This document shows positions 62,379 to 62,453 of a stretch of DNA of 62,453 nucleotides, piece by piece. The number at the start of each line of letters is the position of its first letter. The first letter of the stretch is position 1. A model generated the notes under the pieces. That model worked only from the letters and a program-made list of their open reading frames with translations, had not been told where the DNA came from and did no database searches. The DNA is from an uncultured Flavonifractor sp. (GTDB taxonomy: Bacteria > Bacillota > Clostridia > Oscillospirales > Oscillospiraceae), in contig CANSQX010000001.1 in the NCBI GenBank assembly GCA_947649225.1, positions 1 to 62,453 on the forward strand, in the 5' to 3' direction. Made by a program: the position numbers and the translations under genes.

Positions 62379-62453
62379 GGGCAGGGCGCGGGGGAACCCG
62401 GGGGGCGCAACCAGTAACACCACACCGGGCAAGAAATGGCCCACAAAAAAAAA

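Noticed and set aside
1-62453. Scan for CRISPR arrays, rRNA/tRNA genes, transposases, integrases, phage modules and known defence systems
   Set aside because: I recognised no regularly spaced repeats, no cloverleaf-compatible segments and no recombinase or nuclease family signatures. The window looks like core or accessory metabolism rather than a mobile or defence island.

Overview
Visibly GC-rich chromosomal segment of a Firmicutes/Clostridia-type anaerobe. The taxon is inferred from gene content and RBS style only, and looks Oscillospiraceae-like. I support about 50 protein genes, and I see no rRNA, tRNA, CRISPR array, transposase or integrase. Most of the long ORFs in the six-frame track are antisense shadow ORFs, which is typical of GC-rich DNA. 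Gene order, left to right: (1) A 703-aa flagellin with a divergent csrA and no fliW, plus an orphan 51-nt copy of the flagellin 3' end. (2) Housekeeping and envelope genes: lipoprotein, patatin, MarR-TauE, DivIVA-like, GH19-like, bactofilin, DUF4317-like. (3) Two convergent modules, each a solute-binding lipoprotein plus a hybrid histidine kinase. (4) BlaI/BlaR1-like pair. (5) A nine-gene minus-strand sugar or polyol operon with an ABC importer, two paralogous binding proteins, two Zn-dehydrogenases, an SDR, a split transketolase and no kinase. An AraC regulator is divergent from it. (6) A LysR-headed island: Na+/solute symporter with two micro-membrane proteins, an aryl-alcohol-type dehydrogenase, and seven mutually overlapping genes (C_GCAxxG_C_C, SAM methyltransferase, Zn-ribbon radical SAM, PaaK-like adenylase, histidine phosphatase, XdhC, MocA-HD). 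It continues with a NifX-like gene, a 945-aa Mop-type molybdenum aldehyde oxidoreductase, a GltD/HdrD-like flavo-FeS fusion and a Zn-ribbon protein. (7) LemA-TPM and TelA-XpaC stress genes, then ilvA. The strongest candidate for an undescribed system is the seven-gene tailoring and maturation block attached to the aldehyde oxidoreductase (44249..50616). Other items worth a second look: a kinase-less transketolase operon; a consensus promoter with a 250-nt leader carrying a C12 tract and PPPP uORF; a promoter-to-terminator small-RNA candidate; a covarying AT-rich hairpin repeat placed directly after stop codons; and a long imperfect palindrome between convergent regulators.
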